Of a DNA stretch of 64,000 bases, positions 46,964 to 55,988 are shown one piece after another. The number at the start of each line of letters is the position of its first letter. Positions within the stretch are counted from its first letter, which is position 1. Source of the DNA: an uncultured Christensenellaceae bacterium (GTDB lineage Bacteria > Bacillota > Clostridia > Christensenellales > Pumilibacteraceae); NCBI GenBank assembly GCA_910587445.1, contig CAJULE010000001.1:99748-163747 (forward strand), in the 5' to 3' direction. The translations under genes and the position numbers were made by a program. The notes beneath the pieces are model-generated. The model saw nothing but the letters and a program-made list of their open reading frames with translations, was not told the origin of the DNA and ran no database searches.

Positions 46964-49736
46964 AGTCAAAAACGTAACCAAAGTATACGGCGGCGGACGG
47001 AACGCATTTAAGGCGCTCGACGACGTAAGCATAAATTTCGGCTCTCGAGGGCTGGTGGTCGTGCTCGGCAAATCGGGCTGCGGCAAGTCGACGCTCCTCA
47101 ACATAATGGGCGGACTCGATTCTCCGACGAAGGGCGAAGTCGTAATAAACGGAAGAAGCACGAAAAGCTTTAAGCGCGCAGACTTCGACGCCTACCGCAA
47201 CACCTTTGTCGGCATAGTCTTTCAGGAGTTCAACCTCATAGACGAGATAAGCGTGTTCGACAACATAAACATGACGATGAAACTCCAGGAAAAGAGCGCC
47301 GACGTCAACACGGTCGACGAGGCGCTTGCCATGGTCGGACTCGCAAACCTCGGCTATCGCAAGCCGAGCGAGCTTTCGGGCGGACAGAGGCAGCGCGTCG
47401 CGCTTGCGAGAGCGCTTCTCAAAAAGCCCGAAATAATCCTTGCCGACGAACCTACGGGCGCGCTCGATTCGGTCACGAGCGAAGAGGTGTTCGAGACCTT
47501 AAAGCGTATTGCCCAAAGCAAGCTCGTCATAGTCGTCACGCACAACCGCGAGCTTGCTCACGCTTATGCCGACAGAATAGTCGAGATAGTCGACGGAAAA
47601 ATCGTCGGCGACAGAGTGCGCGAGACGGCGGCGGACGACGGCGTAAAGGAACTCGAAGCCGGCGTAATAGAGGTCGGCGCGGGCGGCAGGGTCACTGCGG
47701 AGCAACTCAACGCGCGGCTCAAAAAGGGCAAAACCAACTACATAGGCTTAAGCCACGAAAAGGACAGAATAGCTCTTGCCTATCCCGAAACGGTCGACGG
47801 ATTTTACGAGGCGCAGGATTCCGCGGCTTACAAAAAGACCGAACAGACCGACATAAAGACGGACAACAAGGAGTTTAAGCTCTCGAAAGGCGGGCTCACC
47901 TTTAAGGATTCGTTCAAGCTTGCGAGGGAGGGCACCAAGCGCGCGAAAAAGCGCTATCGCTTCCTTACCGCAATAACGACCATATGCTTTACGATGTTCT
48001 CGCTTGCCCTCATAATCGGCATGGTGAATCTTCCGTCGGTTGCGGCGAAATCGGCATTCGACAGCGGCGCGCAACCGCTTGTCGCGGTGGGCTATATAGT
48101 CGAAGATTCGACTATGCTCACTAAGATGACCGAAGAAAGGATAGACGCAGTGCGCGGAATAATGGGAGAGGACGGTGTGTGCGCTTCACTCGTATACACC
48201 ACGCCCATGTTTGCGGACAGGAGCGCCGACGAATACTACAACACAAACAATTGGGACGGGTTCTATCAGGAAGACGAAAGCTATTATTTCGGATCGGGAC
48301 TTACGGGATTTTCGTTCGACTGTTTCAACAACGTCATAGACTGCAACGACATTACGCAATTGGGACTGAATGCGGTCGTCGGCAAGACGACTTGCGCGGA
48401 CATGAGCGAAATCATAATCTCCGACTTTGCGGCGTACGTCATGACGCGCCGAGGCATAGTCGGCTACGACAAAGCCGGCAAGTACGGGATTCTCTATCCC
48501 GAAACGGTCGCAGACGTCGTAGGCTGCCGAATAGAGCTCGGCGAGACGGAGAAGTTCTACACCGTCGTCGGACTTTTCGGGACCGATTACGAAAGCTATA
48601 AGTCGATAATCGGAGGAAGTTCGCTCGACCCGAAAACTCAAGAGCTCACCGAGACGCTGGGCATAAACAGCGCCTTCCTTTACCGCACGATGATAGGCAA
48701 GATCGGTTTCGGTGCGGAACTCGCTTCGCAAAAGAAGACGAGCGGTCAGTCGTCGAACTATTCATATACCATATCGGCGTCGAATGTGCAAGGATATGTG
48801 CCGTTCAATTCGGTGGATAATTCCGATTTCACTTACAATCGCGAGAAATTCGAGCGCAATATGTATTGGTCCGCTACGGGCGATAATCATGACGAAGCGC
48901 CCGAAAAGCTCGGAGACGACGAAGTCATCGTCACTCTCGACGTCATAAGGGATCTTCTCGGTCTATACGACGTGGACGAGGCGAACATAAAAAACAACGC
49001 GCAGTTTATCACGCTTATGAACGCGCCTTGCACCTTCAAGCTGTATATGCGTTGGGACAGCAGCGTGGGAGAAGAAAAGCAGGTCAAAATCGCAGGCGTA
49101 ATGTACGATAACTACCCGAGAGAGCTCTATATGAGCGACAACATGATAGACGAGTACAGCAAAGGAATTACGTCGTACGATTTGATGTTCTTTTCTAAGG
49201 GCTCGACGCGCACGGGACTCGAAAGCAAGTTCTCGGCGCTCAAGAAGGACGGCTTCGTGTTCGGTACGGCTACGGCGGACTTGCAGAGATTGCGCGAATT
49301 CGACGATATGCTCAACATAATGGGACAGGTGTTCTTCTACATTGCCATAGCGATGTTGGTGCTTGCCTTCCTGATTACGTTCAACTATATGACATCGTCC
49401 ATACGCTTCAGGACCAAGGAGATAGCCGTATATCGCGTCATAGGCGCAAAGACTTTCGACGTATCGAAAATATTCCTTACGGAAGGCGGCTTCATTGTCG
49501 TAAAGACCACGATCGCGGCGATAATCCTTTCGTTCGTGATGTCGCTTATTCTGAACAGCATTATGGGAAGCATATTGTCGGCGTTCGGACTTGCCGTGAC
49601 CCTCATAAACTTCAATTGGCTCATAGAGCCCATAGTGATACTTATCGGCAGTGCGATCACGGTGTTCTTGTCCTCTATAATACCCATTATGCGTGTGTGC
49701 GGAAAGAAACCCGTCGAAGCGGTAAAATTGATATAA
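46956..49736 (+). CDS. ABC transporter, fused ATP-binding domain + FtsX/MacB-type permease (926 aa)
   Basis: Walker A GKSGCGKST, signature LSGGQRQRVALARA, Walker B ILADEPTGALD. C-terminal 4-TM FtsX-like domain with a large extracytoplasmic loop. Start overlaps the lipoprotein stop. Confidence 0.85.
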   Translation: MLEVKNVTKVYGGGRNAFKALDDVSINFGSRGLVVVLGKSGCGKSTLLNIMGGLDSPTKGEVVINGRSTKSFKRADFDAYRNTFVGIVFQEFNLIDEISVFDNINMTMKLQEKSADVNTVDEALAMVGLANLGYRKPSELSGGQRQRVALARALLKKPEIILADEPTGALDSVTSEEVFETLKRIAQSKLVIVVTHNRELAHAYADRIVEIVDGKIVGDRVRETAADDGVKELEAGVIEVGAGGRVTAEQLNARLKKGKTNYIGLSHEKDRIALAYPETVDGFYEAQDSAAYKKTEQTDIKTDNKEFKLSKGGLTFKDSFKLAREGTKRAKKRYRFLTAITTICFTMFSLALIIGMVNLPSVAAKSAFDSGAQPLVAVGYIVEDSTMLTKMTEERIDAVRGIMGEDGVCASLVYTTPMFADRSADEYYNTNNWDGFYQEDESYYFGSGLTGFSFDCFNNVIDCNDITQLGLNAVVGKTTCADMSEIIISDFAAYVMTRRGIVGYDKAGKYGILYPETVADVVGCRIELGETEKFYTVVGLFGTDYESYKSIIGGSSLDPKTQELTETLGINSAFLYRTMIGKIGFGAELASQKKTSGQSSNYSYTISASNVQGYVPFNSVDNSDFTYNREKFERNMYWSATGDNHDEAPEKLGDDEVIVTLDVIRDLLGLYDVDEANIKNNAQFITLMNAPCTFKLYMRWDSSVGEEKQVKIAGVMYDNYPRELYMSDNMIDEYSKGITSYDLMFFSKGSTRTGLESKFSALKKDGFVFGTATADLQRLREFDDMLNIMGQVFFYIAIAMLVLAFLITFNYMTSSIRFRTKEIAVYRVIGAKTFDVSKIFLTEGGFIVVKTTIAAIILSFVMSLILNSIMGSILSAFGLAVTLINFNWLIEPIVILIGSAITVFLSSIIPIMRVCGKKPVEAVKLI

Positions 49737-49749
49737 GGAGGGAAGTACG

Positions 49750-52437
49750 ATGTTATTGGAACTTAAAAACATACAGAAAACCTATTCCACGAAAAACGGC
49801 GTGACCTTCAGGGCGCTCAACAACGTGAGCCTCACCTTCGAAAGTTCGGGTCTCGTCTACATCGTCGGTGCCTCCGGCAGCGGCAAATCCACGCTTTTAA
49901 ACGTCATAGGCGGGCTCGATTCGTACGACAGCGGCGAATACGTTCTCGCGGGCAAGCGCATGAACGCCCTGCGAGGCTCGGAAGTGGACAGCCTCAGAAA
50001 CAAGCTTATGGGCTTTGTCTTTCAGGAGTTTAACCTGATAGACACGCTTTCCGTATTCGAAAACGTGAAGCTTGCTTTGGATATGCAGAGCCGAAAGGAC
50101 AATAAGGCGGTGCACGAAGCGCTTGCCGCCATGGGCATAGACGACAAGGCGAAGAATAAAACGAAGGATCTTTCCGGCGGTCAGCGCCAACGCGTTTCCA
50201 TTGCGCGCGCTCTCGTCAAGGATCCGAGAATCATTCTCGCAGACGAGCCCACGGGTGCGCTCGATTCGGCGACTACCGACGAAGTCGTCAAGATATTGAA
50301 GGATCTGTCGAAGGACCGTCTCGTAATAGTCGTCACGCACGACATGGACATGGCGGCAAAGACGGGCGACCGCATAATAGAAATGAAGGACGGTTGCGTA
50401 TATCGCGACGTGCGCAGAAAAGCGGAGGGCGAAAGCGTCGTGACCACCGACACGCAGCTGTTCTCCGACACGCTCATGAGCGTGCCCGCAGGCGTCAAAG
50501 TGAGCGATAGCGACGTAGAAGAGATAAACGAAATAATGGCTCAGTCCATGCGCAAGACGTACATAAACGTAGAGTCCGACCCGCGAAAGGTAAAAGCCAT
50601 GTTCCCCAATCTTCGCGAAGCCGTCAACAGCGACGGCAAGAAGCCGAAAGCGGGCGAAGACGAAGCTCTATCTTCCGAAGCGTTCGTTCCGCATAAGCGT
50701 GTAGACAGCCCCATGGAAAGCGTGGAGTTCAAAAAGAGCCGTCTGCCTCTTTTGAAGTCGATGAGGCTTGCTTTAAATAATCTCAACTTCAAAAAAGCGC
50801 GCCTTGCGCTCACCATAATCATTTCGTTCATAGCCTTCATACTGTTCGGCGTGGCGCAGTCGTTTACGTCGTTCGACGTGCGCGCAGCGTATACGGCGAC
50901 TCTTGTCCGAGAGGATTTTAAAAGCATGGCGGTCACAACCGCGGGCAGCGAATTTTCTTCCGCAAAGAAGCGTATCGCCTCGAGCGACTTTATAAAGCTT
51001 TCGGAAACCGTCGAGGGAGTAAAGTATTCTCAGGTTTACGACATGACGTTTATACCCGTTCCCGGAGACGGGCTTTCGATACCGAACGCGCTCTCATCGT
51101 TCGACGGCGTTATCGAAATCGACGATATATCCGACTGCGGTTTTTCCGTAATGTACGGCTCGAGCAGCCCCAAGGGGACGGACGGCGCGATCATTTCGGA
51201 ATATGCGGCGCGTTCGCTTTTGGAAACGGGTGCGGTAAAGGGCAAGGACATATCCGACCTTATAGGCATGACGCTCAATCTTATGAGCGGACCGAACTTC
51301 ATTATAGACGGAATTTTCGAATGCGGCGACATAGACGATCTTTTGTACGGGAACAACGTCGATTGGCAGGCTTTTAAGTCGAAGCTGGAAGGCGGTTGGG
51401 CGCAACTGTACGTTTCGAAAGGATTTATCGATTCGTACGGCAAGAATATGTTCGAAAGCGGATCGAGCGTGCAATACAAGCTTAAAGATTCGTCGGCTTC
51501 GAACAACTCCTCTTACGATACGCGCGCGACGCTCGAGTTCCTGCCCGTAGGTTCGTTCCCCGAAGGTTACAACGTCGTGCCCGTCGAAGGCATGGGCGTC
51601 ATCGAACGCCCGGGCGACATTATCGTTTCTCAAAACGTCATAAGCGGCATTACGTCGGTATCGCCATCGAGCGATTACGTATCGCTGCTTCGTGAGTTCA
51701 ATGCCGACCCCGAACGCAGATTTACCGTATATTTCGACAAGACCGGCGGAAACTCCAAGATTCCCGGCTATGCGACGGCTGATTTCCGTATCGTCGGAGT
51801 CATTGACGGCAAGGAAGGTTCCGACGGATATTTCAACGACAGCGTCATTTTCATGCTCGAGAGCGAACGGGAAAATATCATAGACAACGTATTCTATCCC
51901 GTCAAACTCATTGCCGCGCTCGACGGCGTTGACGCGGCTCGATTCGTCGACGCGGTATACGACAACGGCTTCGGTCTGTCTGCGGAGTTTATAAGCAATT
52001 ACGATATGGCGCTCACGTTCATATCCGTACTCAGGTATGTGCTTTTGGGTCTGTCGCTGTTGTTCTGTATTCTTGTAATCGTGCTGTTGTACGGCTTTAT
52101 CTCCACGTCCATTCGTATGACGAGAAAGCAAATAGGCATACTGCGCGCGCTCGGCGCAAAGAAGGCCGACACGTTCAAAATTTATGCGGTGGAAGGATTT
52201 ATCGTCACGATATTCTCGCTTGTGCTTGCTATCGTCGCCATTATGATAGGCGCACCCATGCTCAACGCCCTTGTCGGTACGATGTTCGGACATTACTTCT
52301 CGCTGTTCACGATAGGCGCGATAGTTTATGTCACGATGGCGGCGCTTGCCCTCGCCGTGACGCTTGTATCCGTATTTATACCGCTTCGGAAGTTCAACAA
52401 AATAACTCCCGTTTCCGCGATAAGCGGCAAAGATTAA
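49750..52437 (+). CDS. ABC transporter, fused ATP-binding domain + FtsX/MacB-type permease (895 aa), tandem paralog
   Basis: GASGSGKST, LSGGQRQRVSIARA, ILADEPTGALD. C-terminal FtsX-like permease. RBS AAGGAGGGAAG. Confidence 0.85.
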   Translation: MLLELKNIQKTYSTKNGVTFRALNNVSLTFESSGLVYIVGASGSGKSTLLNVIGGLDSYDSGEYVLAGKRMNALRGSEVDSLRNKLMGFVFQEFNLIDTLSVFENVKLALDMQSRKDNKAVHEALAAMGIDDKAKNKTKDLSGGQRQRVSIARALVKDPRIILADEPTGALDSATTDEVVKILKDLSKDRLVIVVTHDMDMAAKTGDRIIEMKDGCVYRDVRRKAEGESVVTTDTQLFSDTLMSVPAGVKVSDSDVEEINEIMAQSMRKTYINVESDPRKVKAMFPNLREAVNSDGKKPKAGEDEALSSEAFVPHKRVDSPMESVEFKKSRLPLLKSMRLALNNLNFKKARLALTIIISFIAFILFGVAQSFTSFDVRAAYTATLVREDFKSMAVTTAGSEFSSAKKRIASSDFIKLSETVEGVKYSQVYDMTFIPVPGDGLSIPNALSSFDGVIEIDDISDCGFSVMYGSSSPKGTDGAIISEYAARSLLETGAVKGKDISDLIGMTLNLMSGPNFIIDGIFECGDIDDLLYGNNVDWQAFKSKLEGGWAQLYVSKGFIDSYGKNMFESGSSVQYKLKDSSASNNSSYDTRATLEFLPVGSFPEGYNVVPVEGMGVIERPGDIIVSQNVISGITSVSPSSDYVSLLREFNADPERRFTVYFDKTGGNSKIPGYATADFRIVGVIDGKEGSDGYFNDSVIFMLESERENIIDNVFYPVKLIAALDGVDAARFVDAVYDNGFGLSAEFISNYDMALTFISVLRYVLLGLSLLFCILVIVLLYGFISTSIRMTRKQIGILRALGAKKADTFKIYAVEGFIVTIFSLVLAIVAIMIGAPMLNALVGTMFGHYFSLFTIGAIVYVTMAALALAVTLVSVFIPLRKFNKITPVSAISGKD

Positions 52438-52457
52438 GCATTTTGCAAAACTGCGGA

Positions 52458-52490
52458 AAGTGTGCGGACATTTCGGTCCGCGCACTTTTT
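52458..52490 (+). terminator. terminator hairpin after ABC operon
   Basis: aagtgtgcggac atttc ggtccgcgcactt, then TTTT. Confidence 0.55.
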
Positions 52491-52536
52491 GATTTACGCG
52501 AACATTGTCGTTTCGAGATATTTCTTTTACGTACTC

Positions 52537-52565
52537 TTGACAAAACGGGCGTAGTACCGTATACT
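52537..52565 (+). promoter_or_regulatory. consensus-like promoter TTGACA-N17-TATACT
   Basis: TTGACA at 52537-52542, TATACT at 52560-52565. Confidence 0.5.
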
Positions 52566-52597
52566 TAAGACATATTCTTGCAGCGCGGGAGACTTTT

Positions 52598-52885
52598 ATG
52601 GAGTTCGGAAATATTATTTCTGCGGCGGAAGGCTTCGAATGGACGAGCATACTTGTCGCGATCGGCGTCATAGCCGCGGTATTTATAGTGCTGAAGCTGT
52701 TGAAATCGGGAGTAAAGAAGATCATAGGCTTCATAATAAACGCCGTAGTCGGATGCGTGATATTATATGTGTTTTCGCTGTTTCCGTCCATAGAGTTTTC
52801 GATCGTTTGGTGGCACGCGCTTGTGACCGGACTCTTCGGCATTCCCGCCGCCGTAATAATAATCGTCTGCTATTTCGTTCTTTGA
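52598..52885 (+). CDS. bofA: BofA-like small membrane protein (pro-sigma-K processing inhibitor family)
   Basis: 95 aa with two TM helices. C-terminal LVTGLFGIPAAVIIIVCYF resembles the BofA ...GILGIPG...VV motif. Confidence 0.55.
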   Translation: MEFGNIISAAEGFEWTSILVAIGVIAAVFIVLKLLKSGVKKIIGFIINAVVGCVILYVFSLFPSIEFSIVWWHALVTGLFGIPAAVIIIVCYFVL

Positions 52886-52973
52886 AAGCCCGTATTTATT
52901 CGGGAGCGAATTCATACTTTACAATTCGCTTGATTTTTTATTCGGACTGTGTTAGAATATAGAATACTTCGAT

Positions 52974-53606
52974 ATGTCGGAGTATAAGGAGATAAAGACC
53001 GTCATGGCTTTAGTGGATTCGAACGGAAAAACCGAAGAAGAATTTTTGCGTGAATACGACCGTACTGCGTGGGACAGACCGTCGCTTACTTCCGACATCG
53101 TGCTGTTTTCCATAGACGCGCAGAATAAACCCGTCGTGCTTCTCATAAAAAGAGGCGGTCATCCGTATATCGGCTGTTGGGCATTTCCCGGCGGCTTTGT
53201 TTCGGACGGCGAATCTACGGAGGAAGCCGCGGCGCGCGAGCTTGAGGAAGAGACGGGGCTTAAGGGCATCTATCTCGACCAAATGTATTGCGTGAGCACT
53301 CCGGGCAGAGATCCGCGCGGATGGACGGCGACCGTCGTCTATATGGCTGTCATGGACAGGGGCGCGGAGACTCCGAAGGCGGGCGACGACGCGGAAGAAG
53401 CGTGCTGGTTCAACATCGACTATGTGAGAAACGGCAACATTTACGAGGTGCGCCTTACGAGCGGCGAAACCGTGCTCACGGCGGAGCTCGACGTAAAGCG
53501 CGACAAAATGGGAACGATAGACGTAAACGGAACCGAAATTCTTTCGTGCGACGGACTTGCGTTCGACCACGTGAAGCTTTTGCTGTACGCTATAGAGAAG
53601 CTTTAG
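52974..53606 (+). CDS. NUDIX hydrolase
   Basis: Nudix box [23 protein letters not shown]. Confidence 0.8.
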   Translation: MSEYKEIKTVMALVDSNGKTEEEFLREYDRTAWDRPSLTSDIVLFSIDAQNKPVVLLIKRGGHPYIGCWAFPGGFVSDGESTEEAAARELEEETGLKGIYLDQMYCVSTPGRDPRGWTATVVYMAVMDRGAETPKAGDDAEEACWFNIDYVRNGNIYEVRLTSGETVLTAELDVKRDKMGTIDVNGTEILSCDGLAFDHVKLLLYAIEKL

Positions 53607-53611
53607 AAATC

Positions 53612-54538
53612 ATGAGACTTACCGTAATAAGAACGGGCGGCACAATAGGCTGCGCGACGGGCAAGGACGGAGTGATAACTCTCGACGAAAGCTCGAGCGT
53701 CGTGCATTTTTCGGGCTTCGATACGAAAACGGTCACGCCGTTTTACGAGCTGTCCGAACGGCTCGGCATTACCCATTACGATGCGCTTTTGAAGTGCGTG
53801 CTAAAAGAGCAGAACGATTGCGACGCCGTCATAATAACGCACGGAAGCGACACACTTCCGTATACGGCGAGCATAATTGCGTTCGCTCTCGGGAAAATCG
53901 ACATTCCCGTCGTGTTCGTGTGCAGCGACAAACCCATGTCCGACCCCATGGCGAGCGGACATCAATCGCTGTTATCGGCGGCGGCATTCGTAAAAACGGG
54001 CGAGGGCGGAGTGTACGTTGCGGACGGCAGAGACATTCACTTTGCGGTGAGACTGCTTGAGGAGCGCGCGTACGAGGAAGGATTCTTTTCGGCGTACGAC
54101 AGCGTGTGCGCACGCGTCATAGGGCTCAAAGTAAAATTCGCCGAGCACATTACGCAATCGGATGCGTATCCGCCGCTCGAAAAGCTCGAAGCCAAAAAGA
54201 TACTTTACATGAAGCCCTATCCCGATATAGACTACGGCGCGTTCGACGCGAGCAGTTATGACTGCGTGCTTCACGACAGCTATCATTCGGGAACGGCGGA
54301 CGAGAGAAAACTCAATGCCTTTGCCGAAAAATGCGGTTGCCCGCTTTATCTCGTAGGGGGCTCGAACGGCAGAGTGTATTCTTCGAAAGCTGGTTTTTCG
54401 AGCGCGGTCGATTTCGTCGACAACATAACTCAGCCCGCGATGTACGCAAAGCTCGTCGTGGGACTAAATCGCGGACTTTCGGGAAAAGAACTCGATACTT
54501 ATTTGAAAACAAACCTTTGCGGCGAAATTTTCGCCTGA
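53612..54538 (+). CDS. L-asparaginase / glutaminase-asparaginase family protein (type I-like)
   Basis: N-terminal TGGTIG threonine-nucleophile motif. 309 aa. Start ATG 53612. The ORF-track start 53288 overlaps the NUDIX gene in another frame and is rejected. Confidence 0.7.
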   Translation: MRLTVIRTGGTIGCATGKDGVITLDESSSVVHFSGFDTKTVTPFYELSERLGITHYDALLKCVLKEQNDCDAVIITHGSDTLPYTASIIAFALGKIDIPVVFVCSDKPMSDPMASGHQSLLSAAAFVKTGEGGVYVADGRDIHFAVRLLEERAYEEGFFSAYDSVCARVIGLKVKFAEHITQSDAYPPLEKLEAKKILYMKPYPDIDYGAFDASSYDCVLHDSYHSGTADERKLNAFAEKCGCPLYLVGGSNGRVYSSKAGFSSAVDFVDNITQPAMYAKLVVGLNRGLSGKELDTYLKTNLCGEIFA

Positions 54539-54578
54539 ATAAAATCACATATAAAAGGAGCGGAGCATTTAAAAAATC

Positions 54579-55946
54579 ATGCACCCACAACAGGTCACAT
54601 CGACGGTAAACTTACTTTCGGCAATGGGAACGACTCAGATAGTACTTCTCATAGTTCTCATTGCCCTCATAGCGCTATCGGCATTCTTCTCGGCTACCGA
54701 GACGGCATATTCTTCGTGCAACAAGATACGCCTTAAAAGTCTCGAAAGCGGCGGGAGCAAGCGTGCGGCGCGCGCTTTAAAGCAGCTCGACCACTACGAC
54801 CGCGTAATAAGCACCGTGCTTGTCGGAAACAACATCGTCAACATTACGATGACTTCCATTGCCACGGTATTCTTCATAGAACTTTTGAGAAACACGACCG
54901 CCGAGCAGGTCGCCGTAACGGTTTCAACCATTGTCATGACCGTGCTTGTGCTCATATTCGGGGAGATAACTCCTAAGACGCTCGCAAAGGAGCACGCCGA
55001 AGGTTGGGTGTGCGCGGTCGCGCCCGTAATGAGTGCGATAATGGTCGTACTGTTTCCGATAAATTGGCTTTTCTCGATGTGGAAAAAGCTCATGAATAAG
55101 GTGTTCAAGAAAAAAGAGGAACAGCCGTACACCGAAGACGAACTCATAACCATAGTCGAGACGGCGCACTCCGAGGGCGGAATAGACGAGCACGAATCGC
55201 AGCTCATACGCTCGGCGATAGAGTTCGAGGACATGGACGTGGACGACATCATGGTTCCGAGAGTAAACGTCGCGGCTTTCGAGGAGACCGCGCCTCTCGA
55301 CGAGATTTCCGAACTGTTCGCTTCGAGCGGCTTTTCGCGATTGCCCGTCTACAACAAGACGATCGACACCATTGTCGGTGTCTTGCACGAAAAGGATTTT
55401 TACCAGCTTCTGCGTGAGAACGGACGCGACATACGGGAAAAGATCACGCCCTGTATCTGCGTGTCGCTCAATATGAAAATTTCCAAGGTTCTCCGTATGC
55501 TCCAGAAAGCAAAGGTCCATATGGCGATCGTCGTGGATGAGTTCGGCGGCACCGCGGGCATTGTTACGCTCGAGGATATACTCGAGGAGCTTGTCGGCGA
55601 GATTTGGGACGAACACGACGAGGTCGAAGTCCTGTATAAGCGCATAGACGACAATACTTTCCTTGTGCAGGGCAACGAGAATCTCGAGGATATGTTCGAC
55701 GAGCTGGACGTCGAGACGAAAGAGGAATTCGATTCGACTACCGTCGGCGGCTGGGTGACCGAGCAAATGCAGAAGATCCCCGTGTCGGGAGAGAGCTTCG
55801 AATTCGAGAATCTCGACATAACCGTGACGAAAGCAAACTCGCGCCGCGTGCTCGAGGTCAAAATCAAAGTAAACGAAAAGCCCGAGCAAGAGGAAGAGGA
55901 AGGTCCTCTTCAAAAGGTCATAAAGAGAATAGAAGAAAAAGATTAG
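54579..55946 (+). CDS. CNNM/HlyC-CorC family transporter (DUF21 + CBS pair + CorC_HlyC), Glu-rich tail
   Basis: N-terminal 4-TM DUF21 (NAFFSATETAY). Tandem CBS domains. C-terminal CorC/HlyC transporter-associated domain. 455 aa. Confidence 0.85.
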   Translation: MHPQQVTSTVNLLSAMGTTQIVLLIVLIALIALSAFFSATETAYSSCNKIRLKSLESGGSKRAARALKQLDHYDRVISTVLVGNNIVNITMTSIATVFFIELLRNTTAEQVAVTVSTIVMTVLVLIFGEITPKTLAKEHAEGWVCAVAPVMSAIMVVLFPINWLFSMWKKLMNKVFKKKEEQPYTEDELITIVETAHSEGGIDEHESQLIRSAIEFEDMDVDDIMVPRVNVAAFEETAPLDEISELFASSGFSRLPVYNKTIDTIVGVLHEKDFYQLLRENGRDIREKITPCICVSLNMKISKVLRMLQKAKVHMAIVVDEFGGTAGIVTLEDILEELVGEIWDEHDEVEVLYKRIDDNTFLVQGNENLEDMFDELDVETKEEFDSTTVGGWVTEQMQKIPVSGESFEFENLDITVTKANSRRVLEVKIKVNEKPEQEEEEGPLQKVIKRIEEKD

Positions 55947-55988
55947 TCATGAGCGGGCTTTTCGCCCCTCTCGAGGAAGGTTCACCGT

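Noticed and set aside
51094-52842. 582-aa minus-strand ORF
   Set aside because: Antisense to the second ABC-FtsX gene and to bofA, which have strong motifs and promoter.
53288-53611. 5' extension of the asparaginase ORF back to 53288
   Set aside because: Overlaps the NUDIX gene in another frame. Arg-rich. A good ATG at 53612 directly precedes the conserved TGGTIG N-terminus.
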